Assembly: GCA_964526835.1 (NCBI GenBank)
Contig: CAZGMK010000003.1
Location: forward strand, 83,436 to 147,435
Direction of reading: 5' to 3'
Length of the DNA: 64,000 bases
Source of the DNA: an uncultured Ignavibacteriales bacterium
GTDB lineage: Bacteria > Zixibacteria > MSB-5A5 > GN15 > FEB-12
Shown one piece after another: positions 63,058 through 64,000 of the stretch. The translations under genes and the position numbers were made by a program. A model generated the notes under the pieces. The model saw only the letters and a program-made list of their open reading frames with translations. It had not been told where the DNA came from and ran no database searches. Position 1 is the first letter of the stretch; each line of letters begins with the position of its first letter.

Positions 63058-64000
63058 ACGAAGATCGCAGCATGCGTAGAAGCACGGATAGGGACTGCAA
63101 CCGGTACCGTCGCCCACGAAGATGTTGCCGAAGTTCTCACACTCCCATCTGGACCGCACGTAGCAGCCCATGGCGCTATCGCAGCAAGCCCCGGTGGCCA
63201 CGGTGTCACAGTCAAGGCCGGCACAGGTGGAGCTGCCCAGCAGTCCTCCCTCAGCCTCATGGCAGTTCGCCGGCGCCAGCACCAGGCAACTGTCCGGGGA
63301 TGCGCCGCAGCAGGCATAACGGAGGGTATCCGGGCTGCAAACGGTCGGTACCGGGTATTCATCGAAGACCCCGAGGCCGGACTCGAAATAGTCGAGGTAT
63401 TTCTGAACGTCGAGAGCATCGAGATAACCATCACCGTTGAGGTCACCTTCCGAAGGCACTGCCATCGGTGGGCCGCCGAGATTCACAAAGCTGTTGAGAT
63501 ACGCCAGATCCGTCGCATTAAGGGGAATGCCATCATCGTTACAGTCACCGGTCGCAAAGCACTGTTGACCTCCGAAGTGGATCTCGTACATCATCACCCA
63601 CCAGGCTTTGCCTTTTTGATAGCAGTTGAAACAGTGGGAGTGAGCGCAGCCGCCGCAGGACGGGCAGGAATACAAAGCACACCAATCGTAGCACCACTCG
63701 CAGGCATCGGAGGCGTCCGGATAATAGACGCCGTCAGGATCATAGCTTTCAATATCGGCGAAGTCGAAGAGGACCTTGTCGTTGTCGAGGCAATACTGCC
63801 GAATCTGGTCGTTACGGGCGTACAGGTTGCCGCCGACTCCGGTCCCGTCGAGATGCCCGGTCATGTATACAAACGCGCGATCGGGATATTGCGCCTCCAG
63901 TTCCGACATCTTGTTCAAGTATATGTTTATCCCCTCCTCGGTGTTATCCGAACATCCTCCACACCAGGAGAACATGACCATATTGTAGTCTGGATTGGCA
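62854..64000 (-). CDS. Secreted Cys-rich protein with internal and C-terminal dockerin-like repeats (5' end outside window)
   Basis: The frame stays open past the first Met to the window edge (..ANPDYNMVMFSWCGGCS..). Cys-dense block CEWCYDWCALYSCPSCGGCAHSHCFNCY. Internal GDCNDDG../GDLNGDGYLD pair. C-terminal twin DISDLVYMVSYMFAGGP / DVSDLVYLVSYMFSGGP. Confidence 0.7.
   Translation of the reverse strand, partial: ANPDYNMVMFSWCGGCSDNTEEGINIYLNKMSELEAQYPDRAFVYMTGHLDGTGVGGNLYARNDQIRQYCLDNDKVLFDFADIESYDPDGVYYPDASDACEWCYDWCALYSCPSCGGCAHSHCFNCYQKGKAWWVMMYEIHFGGQQCFATGDCNDDGIPLNATDLAYLNSFVNLGGPPMAVPSEGDLNGDGYLDALDVQKYLDYFESGLGVFDEYPVPTVCSPDTLRYACCGASPDSCLVLAPANCHEAEGGLLGSSTCAGLDCDTVATGACCDSAMGCYVRSRWECENFGNIFVGDGTGCSPYPCFYACCDLRGDANHDGVGPDISDLVYMVSYMFAGGPLPPCAGESDMNGDWTGPDVSDLVYLVSYMFSGGPAPAECP

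Noticed and set aside
1-64000. Mobile elements, prophage, CRISPR arrays, toxin-antitoxin pairs or recognisable defence systems.
   Set aside because: No integrase, transposase or recombinase motifs. No terminal inverted repeats, no direct-repeat arrays, no Cas-like or small paired ORFs. Gene content is metabolic, signalling and envelope-related, and composition looks uniform apart from one AT-rich intergenic patch at 37190-37330.

Overview
GC-rich bacterial chromosomal window. I saw no rRNA, tRNA, transposase, integrase or CRISPR array. All calls rest on reading motifs in the supplied translations and DNA; no database search was possible. The T9SS/FlgD-like C-terminal domain and dockerin-like tails suggest an uncultivated FCB-type lineage, but that is only an inference.

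Gene content, left to right:
1. 2-7996 (+): distal part of a complex I operon, nuoG'-H-I-J-K-L-M-[glutaredoxin-like]-N. The inserted glutaredoxin-like gene ends in TGA-GGG-TTT-TAG and is followed by an fdhF-like hairpin, making it a candidate selenoprotein.
2. 8278-15695: secreted S8 protease with twin dockerin-like tail, purF, a GAF plus DHp-only kinase fragment, a hypothetical exported protein and an FAD oxidoreductase.
3. 15914-17944 (+): ClC channel with CBS and RCK_C domains.
4. 17843-29780 (-): 12-kb co-directional signalling array. Order is STAS, RsbW-like kinase, membrane PP2C, Zn-ribbon Nudix, HAMP kinase, sigma-54 activator, candidate sigma-54 promoter, POTRA-less Omp85 barrel with bactofilin-like domain, DUF4390-like protein, GAF-PAS kinase, Ser/Thr kinase.
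5. 30062-37169 (-): tight 9-gene operon. It joins a four-subunit 2-oxoacid:ferredoxin oxidoreductase to a NuoE/NuoF/HoxU-like NAD(P)H flavoprotein module and a CooF-like polyferredoxin, led by a P-loop NTPase.
6. 37376-41664: lipoproteins, a short citrate-synthase-fold protein (citryl-CoA lyase-like), a small membrane protein and an M24 peptidase.
7. 41798-46668 (+): nadE, then an AsnB-like / ACP / hexapeptide acyltransferase / SGNH cassette.
8. 46709-48061 (-): rarA.
9. 48124-52242 (-): 1372-aa surface protein with seven FN3-like modules and a T9SS-type tail.
10. 52485-62393 (-): 7-gene Wzx/Wzy polysaccharide operon.
11. 62854-64000 (-): partial Cys-rich secreted protein carrying the same twin dockerin-like tail as the protease.

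Most interesting candidates: the recoded-UGA glutaredoxin inside the nuo operon, the OFOR-NuoEF fusion operon, and the sigma-factor-less signalling array.
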